Positions 6,384-13,998 of a DNA stretch of 31,385 nt are shown here, piece after piece. The position numbers were made by a program, and so were the translations under genes. The notes below the pieces were generated by a model. The model worked only from the letters and a program-made list of their open reading frames with translations. It was not told the DNA's origin and ran no database searches. How positions within the stretch are numbered: the stretch's first letter is position 1; every line of letters begins with the position of its first letter. Source of the stretch: a virus (taxonomy: Duplodnaviria > Caudoviricetes). Location of the stretch: positions 1 through 31,385 of the IMG/VR virus record IMGVR_UViG_3300021560_000053; one strand, written 5' to 3'.

Positions 6384-9300
6384 ATGGCGGGTGCGCTCGT
6401 TGGGACGGCGGCCGCCGTTTCAACCGGCGCTGCCGGTGCTGCCGTAACGCCCGCGTGGGGCACCGGCCAGAACCGGACGGCGAACAACACGCTGATCTGT
6501 TGTGTCGCTGTCACCGGCACGGCGACTCTGCCCGCGACACCGTCCGGGTGGGGCGTGATGCGGCAGAACGCGGGAACGTCGTGCTCGGCGACGATCTTCT
6601 CGAAACTGGCAGCGGGTGCTGACGCTGCTCCGACGATCGCGGCGATCACCTCGGGGACGATCAACGCCCAGCTCGGCGAGTACTCCGGTCTGTTGCAGCA
6701 GCAGGCGAGCGGCGACCAGTCCGCCGCCGCCCAGGGCACGTCCACACCGATCGTCGCGACGTGCGGCGCGGTTGACGCGGCGGTCGGAGAGCTGGTGGTC
6801 GGCTGCGGTGTCGCGATCAATTCGAGCGCCCGGGCGAACACGATGTCGCACACGATCAACAACTGCGCGGGCGACGTTGAAACGTCGAACGGGGCAACGT
6901 CAACGGTTTCTCACTACTGCTTCACGCAGGGCGCCACGACCAGCCGCGCCGCCGCGACATCGGACAGCTTCGCGTTCCAGACGACGCAGTTGACCGGGGC
7001 GACGGTTGTCGTCGCGACGTTCAAGCTCGGCCCGGTGTCGCTGACCCGAACGTCGGCGGACACGGTCACGGTCGCCGACACGGCGAAGGTGAACATCTCA
7101 ATGGCACGTACCGCGTCGGACGGATGGTCGATCACCACTCCGTCGACCTACGACGCGATCGTCCGCGCAGACGGCCCGGCGATGTACTGGCGGCTGAACG
7201 ACACCGGCAGCACTGCGGTCGATCAGATGGGCGTAGCGAACGGCACCTACTCAGGCGCTGGTCCGCAGGCGCAGCAGGATCTACTGCCCGCGTCGGCCGG
7301 GAACAGCTACTTCTCGCGGAGCGGCAATGACTACATGCGTGCGACGAATCCGATGGCGGTCGGCGGCTCGGCTCCATGCACGATCGAAGCGTGGATGAAC
7401 TGCCCGGTCGGGTTCACCGGGGCGACCTATCCGCGACCTGTTCTCGGCAGCGGCAACTTCCAGTTGATGCTGTACTCGCAGACCACGGTCGCGGTGCAGT
7501 TCGGCGGTAGCGCCTACGTCGTCACGGGTGCAACGTTCACTTGGGGTGTGACCCATCACGTCGTGGCGGTGTCGAACGGTGACGGCTCGTGTGTCGTCTA
7601 CCTCGACGGCAAGCAGGCGTGGTCCGGTGATCTGATTGCGGGGAACGCGTACGGCGGCACCGGTAACCCGGCGGGCGGTTGGCTCAACGTCGGCGACGTG
7701 TACGGCCAGGGTCCGACCGGCTACATGCAGGAGCTTGCGATCTACACGAAGGCCCTGACCGCCAGCCAGGTGTTCACGCACTACGGTGCGGGTGTCGGCA
7801 AGTACGCGGCGACGGTGCAGGCTGACGCCCCGGCGACGTTCTGGCAGTTGAACGAGTCGTATTCGACGTACCCGGCAGCGGTGATCGCTGACGGCCCGTG
7901 CAACTACTGGCGCCTGAACGACACCGGCTCGACGTTCGCCGATCAGATGGGCAACACCCCCTCATCGACGCTGGCCTCACCACCAGCTTCGGGGCAGAAC
8001 CAGAAGGACCTGCTGGCGATTTCGCCAGGCGGAAGCTTCTGGACGGAGAACACCGGCTTCGTCCGGCAGAGCACAAGCTACGGCGGCGCGGGCGGCTCGT
8101 TCCTGTGGGACCGGTACACGGTCGAGTGTTGGGCGCAGATGACCGCCTACTACGCCTACATGAACCTGGTTGTCAACAACGGCAACTACGGGATGCGGAT
8201 CGGGTCAAGCCAAACGGTCCTCAGCGTCGGCGGCGGCAGCGGATGGACGGAGATTCCGATCGGCATGACGTTGCAGACCGGTGTCACCTACCACTTCGCG
8301 GTGACGGTCGACGGCACGCTTGCGACCGTTTACATCAACGGCGTCCAGCGAGGCTCGGCGACGATCACGAAGTCGGGCACGGCGTACGACGGGATCGACA
8401 TCGTCAGCCAGTTTCACGGCTACGCCCAGGAAGCGGCGGTGTACAAGTTCCCGTTGACACCGTTGCAGGTGCAGCGCCACTACCTGATCGGTGCGGCGGT
8501 CGCTGCCGACATGATGAACTCAATTCCCGGCGCGTGGTCCGGCGCTGTCACGTACGGACAGGCCGGTATCCCAAGCGGTGGCAACTCAGCGCTGTTGAAC
8601 GGCGCTGGCTACGTGCGCATTCCCACCCAGCCTACGGTGCAGCCGGTGTCGCTTGAAGCGTGGGTTTTTCTGACGGCGTACGCGGCTGCTGGCAACCAGG
8701 ACGGTCTGGTGTGCATCGGTGGCATCCAGGCGGGTGCGTACATGCGGCTGTCAACGTCCGGGCAGCTTCAGGCGCTGATGAACAACCAGGCGTTGCTGTG
8801 CCAGGCATCATCGCCGCTGAGCCTGAACGCCTGGCATCACTGCGTAATGACCAGCACCGCCAGCGCGACCGTCCTGTACGCAGACGGTGTGCAGGTGGCG
8901 TCGTCGGGTGCGAACACGTTGACCGGGACGGGCGTCAGCGCAGTCGGGTCGAGCATCGCGAACGGCAGCGTCCCACCAGGCAGCGAGTATCTGGTCGGCC
9001 AGATCGCGGACGCTGCGGTGTACGCCTTTGCCTTGACCTCGGGGCAGGCGTCAAACCACTTCTCGCTGGGGAACACGCCTCCTCCGCTGGCGGGCGGCGT
9101 AGTCGACTCAGCCGTGGGCGTGAAGATCAGCTCGTTCTCACGGTCCGCCTCGGATGGCGTCGGCACGATCACGGACTCGGCGTCACGGGCAACGCTGGCG
9201 TGGGTGCGGTCGTTGGCGGATGCGGTCCCGGCGATCTCGGACGCGGCGACCCGGGCGGTGATGCCTCACGCGCGCAGCGCCTCGGACGCCTGGACGGTCG

Positions 9301-10319
9301 GCGACAGCGCCAGCAGCGTGGTGATCCACTCCTTCTCGCGGACAGCGGCGGACGCGCTGGCGGTGTCCGACGCGGCGACTCGCGGAGCGATCGGCGTGTC
9401 ACGCACGGCCGCCGACTCGTGGACGGTGAGCGACAGCGCATCCCGGGCTGTCTACGCGCGGACGCGCAGCTCGGCGGACTCGTGGACGGTCAGCGACTCG
9501 GCGACCGGGCAGAAGGTGATCGCCCGATCGGGCAGCGACACGATCGCCAGCATTTCTGACCAGGCGTCCAGGGCGACGTACGCTCGGACGCGCTCAAGCC
9601 TCGACACGGTGACGATCAGCGACTTGGGCACCCGGGCTTGGGTTGGGGCTAGAACGGCCGCAGACGGGCTGAGCGTGGCCGACAGCGCCACTCGCGCGGC
9701 CCTGCACTACATCCGGTCTGCGTCTGAGCTGTGGGCGGTCGCCGATCTGCCGTCGACAGGCGGCGGCGCCGTGAAGCTCGTGTCGGATCTCGTGCCGCTC
9801 AGCGACCAGGCGACCCGGGCCACGATCGCCCGGGCCAAGAGCGCTGCCGATAGCTACACGGTCGGCGACGCCGCCGTCCGTGGCATCTACGGCAGGGTGC
9901 GGGGGGGCACAGACACCCTGGCCGTAGTTGACGCCGCCAACCGCACCTACTCAACGGCACGCGGCGCTGCCGACTCGTGGGCGATCAGCGACCATACGGC
10001 TCGCGGAGTCGGCCACGTCCGCTCGGTTGTGGACACGGTGATAGGAGTGGCCGACTCCGTGCAGACGCGTCTGGGGCTGGCGGCGCGCTCCGCCTTCGAC
10101 AGCACCACCGTCAGCGATGTCGCGATCGGCGTCTACTACTCCGTCGCCGGGGTGCTGTGGGTGACGGTCACGGAGACGGTCGCGTCGATCGGCATCCTGG
10201 AGACGGTCGCCTGGCTCCAGCTCGCCGAGAGCGAAGCGGAGCTGGTGATCGCGGAGGAGGAGCTGGCCGCCAACGTCATCGAGAGCGAAGGTCAAATTGC
10301 GATCATTGAGGAGGACTGA
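6384..10319 (+). CDS. Large fibre/adhesin protein with three LamG (concanavalin A-like) domains and a repetitive stalk
   Basis: Three ADxPxxYW(R/Q)LN(D/E)...T(I/V)EAW...HH...LYxDG...A(I/V)Y..ALTxxQVxxHY units; about 16 C-terminal 20-22 aa repeats (xRSAADSWTVSDSASRA). Confidence 0.85.
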   Translation: MAGALVGTAAAVSTGAAGAAVTPAWGTGQNRTANNTLICCVAVTGTATLPATPSGWGVMRQNAGTSCSATIFSKLAAGADAAPTIAAITSGTINAQLGEYSGLLQQQASGDQSAAAQGTSTPIVATCGAVDAAVGELVVGCGVAINSSARANTMSHTINNCAGDVETSNGATSTVSHYCFTQGATTSRAAATSDSFAFQTTQLTGATVVVATFKLGPVSLTRTSADTVTVADTAKVNISMARTASDGWSITTPSTYDAIVRADGPAMYWRLNDTGSTAVDQMGVANGTYSGAGPQAQQDLLPASAGNSYFSRSGNDYMRATNPMAVGGSAPCTIEAWMNCPVGFTGATYPRPVLGSGNFQLMLYSQTTVAVQFGGSAYVVTGATFTWGVTHHVVAVSNGDGSCVVYLDGKQAWSGDLIAGNAYGGTGNPAGGWLNVGDVYGQGPTGYMQELAIYTKALTASQVFTHYGAGVGKYAATVQADAPATFWQLNESYSTYPAAVIADGPCNYWRLNDTGSTFADQMGNTPSSTLASPPASGQNQKDLLAISPGGSFWTENTGFVRQSTSYGGAGGSFLWDRYTVECWAQMTAYYAYMNLVVNNGNYGMRIGSSQTVLSVGGGSGWTEIPIGMTLQTGVTYHFAVTVDGTLATVYINGVQRGSATITKSGTAYDGIDIVSQFHGYAQEAAVYKFPLTPLQVQRHYLIGAAVAADMMNSIPGAWSGAVTYGQAGIPSGGNSALLNGAGYVRIPTQPTVQPVSLEAWVFLTAYAAAGNQDGLVCIGGIQAGAYMRLSTSGQLQALMNNQALLCQASSPLSLNAWHHCVMTSTASATVLYADGVQVASSGANTLTGTGVSAVGSSIANGSVPPGSEYLVGQIADAAVYAFALTSGQASNHFSLGNTPPPLAGGVVDSAVGVKISSFSRSASDGVGTITDSASRATLAWVRSLADAVPAISDAATRAVMPHARSASDAWTVGDSASSVVIHSFSRTAADALAVSDAATRGAIGVSRTAADSWTVSDSASRAVYARTRSSADSWTVSDSATGQKVIARSGSDTIASISDQASRATYARTRSSLDTVTISDLGTRAWVGARTAADGLSVADSATRAALHYIRSASELWAVADLPSTGGGAVKLVSDLVPLSDQATRATIARAKSAADSYTVGDAAVRGIYGRVRGGTDTLAVVDAANRTYSTARGAADSWAISDHTARGVGHVRSVVDTVIGVADSVQTRLGLAARSAFDSTTVSDVAIGVYYSVAGVLWVTVTETVASIGILETVAWLQLAESEAELVIAEEELAANVIESEGQIAIIEED

Positions 10320-10600
10320 TGGCACGGGTACAGGGCACGATCGTCGCGCTGGAGATCACGTTCGATTCGCAACCGCCTGACGTTCAGGTGGCCGTCCAGC
10401 CACCGACCGGAGCGTTGACGGTGGCGAAGCATTCGACCGGCGGCGTGGCGCAGCCGGACCCGAACGTCCCGACCTTCACGTATTCGATCGACACCTCTCC
10501 GATGGCGGGCGCCTGGTCCTATGAGGTCGCCTCGCTCGGAGGGTCTACGAACGTCCGCAAGCTGAGGACGTTCGACGTGCGGCCGAAGATCGGCCCGTAG
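10319..10600 (+). CDS. Small Ig-like beta-sandwich structural protein
   Basis: Beta-strand pattern with GAWSYEV...TFDV; TGATG coupling to the fibre gene. Confidence 0.6.
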   Translation: MARVQGTIVALEITFDSQPPDVQVAVQPPTGALTVAKHSTGGVAQPDPNVPTFTYSIDTSPMAGAWSYEVASLGGSTNVRKLRTFDVRPKIGP

Positions 10601-10605
10601 CGCCT

Positions 10606-10642
10606 CTTGGCCGGATGTGGCAGGGTGCAACTTGTGGCCAAG
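10606..10642. repeat. Inverted-repeat site 3 (CTTGGCC-N23-GGCCAAG)
   Basis: cttggcc 10606-10612 and ggccaag 10636-10642; inner arms ggatgtg/acaagtt; lies between convergent genes. Confidence 0.75.
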
Positions 10643-10651
10643 AACGACGTA

Positions 10652-10673
10652 AGGCCCGGATCACTCCGGGCCT
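10652..10673 (-). terminator. Terminator hairpin between convergent operons
   Basis: 9-bp stem AGGCCCGGA / TCCGGGCCT with GUGA (GNRA) loop on the minus strand, followed by TACGTCGTTCTT. Confidence 0.7.
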
Positions 10674-10683
10674 CAGGTCCCTG

Positions 10684-10977
10684 CTAGGCGGCCGTGCGCG
10701 TGTGCGCCTCGACGTACTGGCCGTCACGCCAGTGCGCCCGCACCTGCGTCTTGCCCTTCGGTCCTGGCCGCGACGGGTTGGCCGCCCGGTAAGCAGCGAA
10801 CTGCTCAATGTCCTGCCGCAGCCACACTGACCCCATCGCCAGGATCTGGAACGGCTCCGGCAGGCCGACCAGCTCCCGCAGATTGCTCTGCGCGACCCCC
10901 AGGCAGTCCGACGCTTCCCGGGCGCCCATCAGCGGATCGGCGTCCCGCGCCAGCTTCACGACTCTCGCCTTGCTCAT
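10684..10977 (-). CDS. Helix-turn-helix DNA-binding protein (Xis/AlpA/MerR-like)
   Basis: LMGAREASDCLGVAQSNL...LPEP...GSVWLRQDIEQF; basic tail VRAHWRDGQYVEAHTR. Confidence 0.75.
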   Translation of the reverse strand: MSKARVVKLARDADPLMGAREASDCLGVAQSNLRELVGLPEPFQILAMGSVWLRQDIEQFAAYRAANPSRPGPKGKTQVRAHWRDGQYVEAHTRTAA

Positions 10978-10980
10978 TGC

Positions 10981-11406
10981 TCACACCTCCTTCCCGGCAC
11001 TCGTCTTGGTCGCCCGCTCCGCGCGCCGTACCGCGTCCTCTGCGCGTTGGCGACCCGATGCCAGCCAGCCATCGGTGTCGTAGAACGCCCACCTCTGGGT
11101 CACCATCCGGTCCAGTTCGATCAGGCGCTGGTAGCCGGTGCCGCCGTTGCGCCCGTAGAACTCCACCAGGTAGGTCATGGTGGTCGGCGTGGCGAACACC
11201 TCGGCCACGACCATCCCCTCGATGACTTCGGTCGGCTGGCCGTCCAGCCACGCCGCCTCAGCCTCCGGGTCATCCTGGTCGGGCGCCCGGAAGTAGGACC
11301 CGCGCAGCGAGTCGGGCGCCAGTTCTGTCTGCGCCAGCGCCTGGTCACGGTCGCGGGCGAGCGGGTCCAGCTCAGTTGCGTTGTCGGGGATCGCCATGCT
11401 GCTCAC
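10981..11406 (-). CDS. Hypothetical protein (141 aa)
   Basis: Coupled ORF in operon; start could be GTG 11406 or ATG 11397. Confidence 0.65.
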   Translation of the reverse strand: MSSMAIPDNATELDPLARDRDQALAQTELAPDSLRGSYFRAPDQDDPEAEAAWLDGQPTEVIEGMVVAEVFATPTTMTYLVEFYGRNGGTGYQRLIELDRMVTQRWAFYDTDGWLASGRQRAEDAVRRAERATKTSAGKEV

Positions 11407-11570
11407 CTCTTGCTCGGCACCTTCGTGGGCGCCTTGGCCGGGTCCGTCACCGGCTGGCGCCGGGGGACAGGTTTGCGAGCGGGGGCCGGTTGCGCCGGGC
11501 GCTCAGGAATGGTGGTCGTCCGCATCGGGTCCTCTACCTCGATCGTACGGATCTCTTTGCCAATGTCCAT
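11403..11570 (-). CDS. Small Pro-rich peptide MDIGKEIRTIEVEDP... (55 aa)
   Basis: GAGGAG SD 6 nt before ATG 11570, directly behind promoter P-B. Confidence 0.75.
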   Translation of the reverse strand: MDIGKEIRTIEVEDPMRTTTIPERPAQPAPARKPVPRRQPVTDPAKAPTKVPSKR

Positions 11571-11620
11571 CAGTTGCTCCTCGTGTGTAGGGTTGGAATT
11601 GCCATACAGCGAGTATAGCG
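11570..11620 (-). promoter_or_regulatory. Promoter P-B: -10 TATACT, 6 nt, ATGGCAATTCC (leaderless uORF MAIPTLHTRSN, 11570..11605)
   Basis: Near-consensus -10 at 11612-11617; same layout as P-A and P-C. Confidence 0.7.
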
Positions 11621-11637
11621 CACCCCGGAGGGTGCGC
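11618..11637 (-). terminator. Hairpin GCGCACCC-UCCG-GGGTGCGC, terminator-like and overlapping promoter P-B
   Basis: Perfect 8-bp stem with a C(UNCG)G tetraloop, 7 nt after the stop at 11645; U-tract is weak. Confidence 0.55.
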
Positions 11638-11644
11638 ACACTCG

Positions 11645-12445
11645 TCAGCGGGTGGCGTGCATCGCCAGGTTGGCTACCTCGCACGTCACCGATTTGTCCG
11701 GCTGGACATCCCAGGCCACGTCGATCACGCGCACCGTCCCGCCGCCCTTCTGGATCTCGTAAGGCTCGCTGGTAACGCGGCCGTCGAACTTCGTCAGCTT
11801 GTGCGTCACCCGGCGGCCGGTGTTCTTCGTCCTGCGCTCCCGGACCGGCAGCGGCGTGCCGTTCGCCAGAGCCTCGACCAGTTCGTCGGTCACCTCGTCC
11901 GGCTGGATCAGGAAGTTCATCAGCCGGACCTTGCAGCCGTACGTGTCACGCAGCCGCTTAGCGAAGTCAAACCCCGCTTCGTACGGAACCAGCAGTTCGA
12001 TCGGGTAGGCGTACTGCGCCCGCCAGCCTTGCGTGCCCTCAACGATCTTTCCCCAGCACCCGATCTTCCCGACCACCGTAAACGACGGGCCATCGGCTTG
12101 GTAGTGGTGGTAGCCCATCGACAGCAAGTGCTTCAGGTGCTTCGCGCTGTAGAAGCCGCAGGAGCAATGCTCGCCCGGCACGCCCACGCCGTCAGGCTGG
12201 CCGCACGACGGGCAGTCCGCCTCAGCCTTCTGCTTCGGACGCCAGTGGTACGGGAACGACGCCGAATAGAGCTTCGGCGGAAGCCCGTACTTCGGCAGCT
12301 CACGATCGACTCGCCAGGCCCGCCAGCCGATCCTCGCCCGAGAAGGGTCAACCGGCTGGAAGTTCGGGTCGCTCACGATCGCTGTCGGGTCGATCGGGAG
12401 ATCGCCCGGGCCGTGGTTGCCTCTGTGTCGCCTACGCCGCGCCAT
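11645..12445 (-). CDS. Zn-binding protein of the GWRAW...CxCGFY family, possibly ADP-ribosyltransferase-like fold
   Basis: RIGWRAW...CPSC...HCSCGFYSA...VVGKIGCWGKIVEGTQGWRAQYAYP; start ATG 12445. Confidence 0.55.
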   Translation of the reverse strand: MARRRRHRGNHGPGDLPIDPTAIVSDPNFQPVDPSRARIGWRAWRVDRELPKYGLPPKLYSASFPYHWRPKQKAEADCPSCGQPDGVGVPGEHCSCGFYSAKHLKHLLSMGYHHYQADGPSFTVVGKIGCWGKIVEGTQGWRAQYAYPIELLVPYEAGFDFAKRLRDTYGCKVRLMNFLIQPDEVTDELVEALANGTPLPVRERRTKNTGRRVTHKLTKFDGRVTSEPYEIQKGGGTVRVIDVAWDVQPDKSVTCEVANLAMHATR

Positions 12446-13730
12446 TGTCGTCACCCCCAGCGGACCGCAGCATGTCGGCCAGCTCATCGTCCATCTCGTC
12501 CGGCACGCCCGGCACGTCCTCAGCCGGAGCATTGCGGAGCATGTCGCTCTCCTCCAGCCCGTAGGGGACCTGGCCACGGTCGAGCATGTCCGTCAGGTGC
12601 GGCTCCTCGACCGGGGTCGCCGCGACCTCAGGGACCGGATCGCCGACCACACCGGTCAGCATCTCGATCACCTCATCCGGCAGGCTCCAGGTCACGTTGT
12701 GGCCGCCCCTGGCCGACTTCACGATGTGCATCGCATCGCACGCGCGGCGAAGCGTGCGCTCCGCCATCCCGGCGATCTTGGCGTCCTCAAACACTTGCGT
12801 GCCCTTCGGCGGGTACGCCGGATAGCCGTCGACCTTCGAGAAGGAGTGGAACAGGTAGTTGGTCAGCCACTCGCAGGCGTCAGCGGCCTTGTCTGCCGGG
12901 CGCCCCATCTTCGACTCGCCGGTCTTGCGACCGACCACCAGGCGGATCGGATCAATCCACTCAGTGCCCTGGTCCATCAGCTTCGGCATCGGCCGCTCAA
13001 CGACTTCCCAGGTGCCGTCCTGCTTCTGGCGCTCGACCTCAACGTCGACCACGTCCATCTCGAACACCATCGTCTCGCGCTCGACGCCGCCGTTGTGCTT
13101 CACGTTCGCGAACATCCGGCGGTCGGGGTCCTCAGGGTCGATCCCGAACAGGTACCCCCAGCGGCACGCGGACCCGAAGCCGCTTGAGCTTCCGGCGACG
13201 GCGTCGATCGGATCGCTGGTCGGCTTCACGCCCTTCGTCACGTGGTCGACCGCGATAAACGCGCAGCCGGTGGCCTGCATCAACTCGAACAGCGGGTTGG
13301 TCACCTTGCGGATCGAGTCGTTGAATCTCGACACGCCGTTGCCCAGGAACGACGCCAGCGGATCAACGATCACCAGCCCGATCTCCTCGGTCGTAACGAC
13401 GTGGACCAGCTCTTTCATCTGGAGCGCCAGGTTGTAGGAGGTCAGCTCGATCATGTCCATATCGGCTCCGGCTGCCTTCATGCGCGGCGCGGTCATCGAC
13501 CCGTAGTCGTCTTCCATCGCGGCGTACAGGACGCGGCGTGGCTTGCGGACCATCTTGTCGCTGCCCGGGTCACGGCCCTGGCTTACGTCGGCGGCGATGG
13601 TCGCGGTCACGACCCCCTTGCCGACATCTTTGCGACCCGCAACGTAGTGCAGGTTGCCCTGGAAGATCCGGTCGCCCCAGACGGGAACCAGGTCGACCAT
13701 CTTCACTTCACTCGCCTTTACCAGGCGCAT
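12432..13730 (-). CDS. RecA-family (AAA_25, RepA-like) DNA helicase with C-terminal winged helix
   Basis: Walker A GRKDVGKG, Walker B LVIVDPL, VDHVTK, AGSSSGFGSACR, NVKHN; GAAAGGA SD before ATG 13730. Confidence 0.85.
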   Translation of the reverse strand: MRLVKASEVKMVDLVPVWGDRIFQGNLHYVAGRKDVGKGVVTATIAADVSQGRDPGSDKMVRKPRRVLYAAMEDDYGSMTAPRMKAAGADMDMIELTSYNLALQMKELVHVVTTEEIGLVIVDPLASFLGNGVSRFNDSIRKVTNPLFELMQATGCAFIAVDHVTKGVKPTSDPIDAVAGSSSGFGSACRWGYLFGIDPEDPDRRMFANVKHNGGVERETMVFEMDVVDVEVERQKQDGTWEVVERPMPKLMDQGTEWIDPIRLVVGRKTGESKMGRPADKAADACEWLTNYLFHSFSKVDGYPAYPPKGTQVFEDAKIAGMAERTLRRACDAMHIVKSARGGHNVTWSLPDEVIEMLTGVVGDPVPEVAATPVEEPHLTDMLDRGQVPYGLEESDMLRNAPAEDVPGVPDEMDDELADMLRSAGGDDNGAA

Positions 13731-13780
13731 GGCGGTACTTCCTTTCGTTCGTGGTGGATTGCCATACCGACAATATAGCA
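13718..13780 (-). promoter_or_regulatory. Promoter P-C: extended -10 TGCTATATT, 6 nt, ATGGCAATCCACCAC (uORF MAIHHERKEVPPCAW, 13718..13765)
   Basis: TATGGCAATCCACCAC is identical to P-A over 16 nt. Confidence 0.7.
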
Positions 13781-13790
13781 CGTCCCGCAA

Positions 13791-13829
13791 CATGGCCATA
13801 AGTTAGGACTGCATTGACTATCGGCCAAG
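13791..13829. repeat. Inverted-repeat site 4 (CATGGCC-N25-GGCCAAG) overlapping the -35 region of P-C
   Basis: Inner arms ataagtt/gatagtc fit the family consensus. Confidence 0.65.
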
Positions 13830-13830
13830 A

Positions 13831-13970
13831 GGCGCACAGCCCCATCAAAGATCAAGGCCCGGACGGTTCGCAAGAACAGATGTCTGTCGATCCGCCGGGC
13901 CTTGTCTGTTTGGCGCCGATGTCCCCACCGGTCGCCTGGCAATCCCCACAACACCACCGCTCGCGCGGTG
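13831..13970 (-). terminator. Structured intergenic region after the lysis cassette: long imperfect hairpin plus GNRA hairpin
   Basis: caaggcccgg 13853-13862 / ccgggccttg 13895-13904 with inner and outer pairing; CACCGC-GCGA-GCGGTG at 13955-13970. Confidence 0.5.
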
Positions 13971-13998
13971 AGGAAGCGAAGACCTAGAGCATATCGCG

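Noticed and set aside
5111-10642. Plus-strand island as an invertible segment flanked by IR sites
   Set aside because: A full site exists only at the right end; the left end has at most a half-site (TGGCCA at about 5155-5160) and no recombinase is visible
11657-13258. Long antisense or alternate-frame ORFs (also 16678-17946, 16829-17968, 21698-22804, 23179-24204, 24408-25361)
   Set aside because: Arg/Pro-rich shadow ORFs expected at high GC, overlapping well-supported genes
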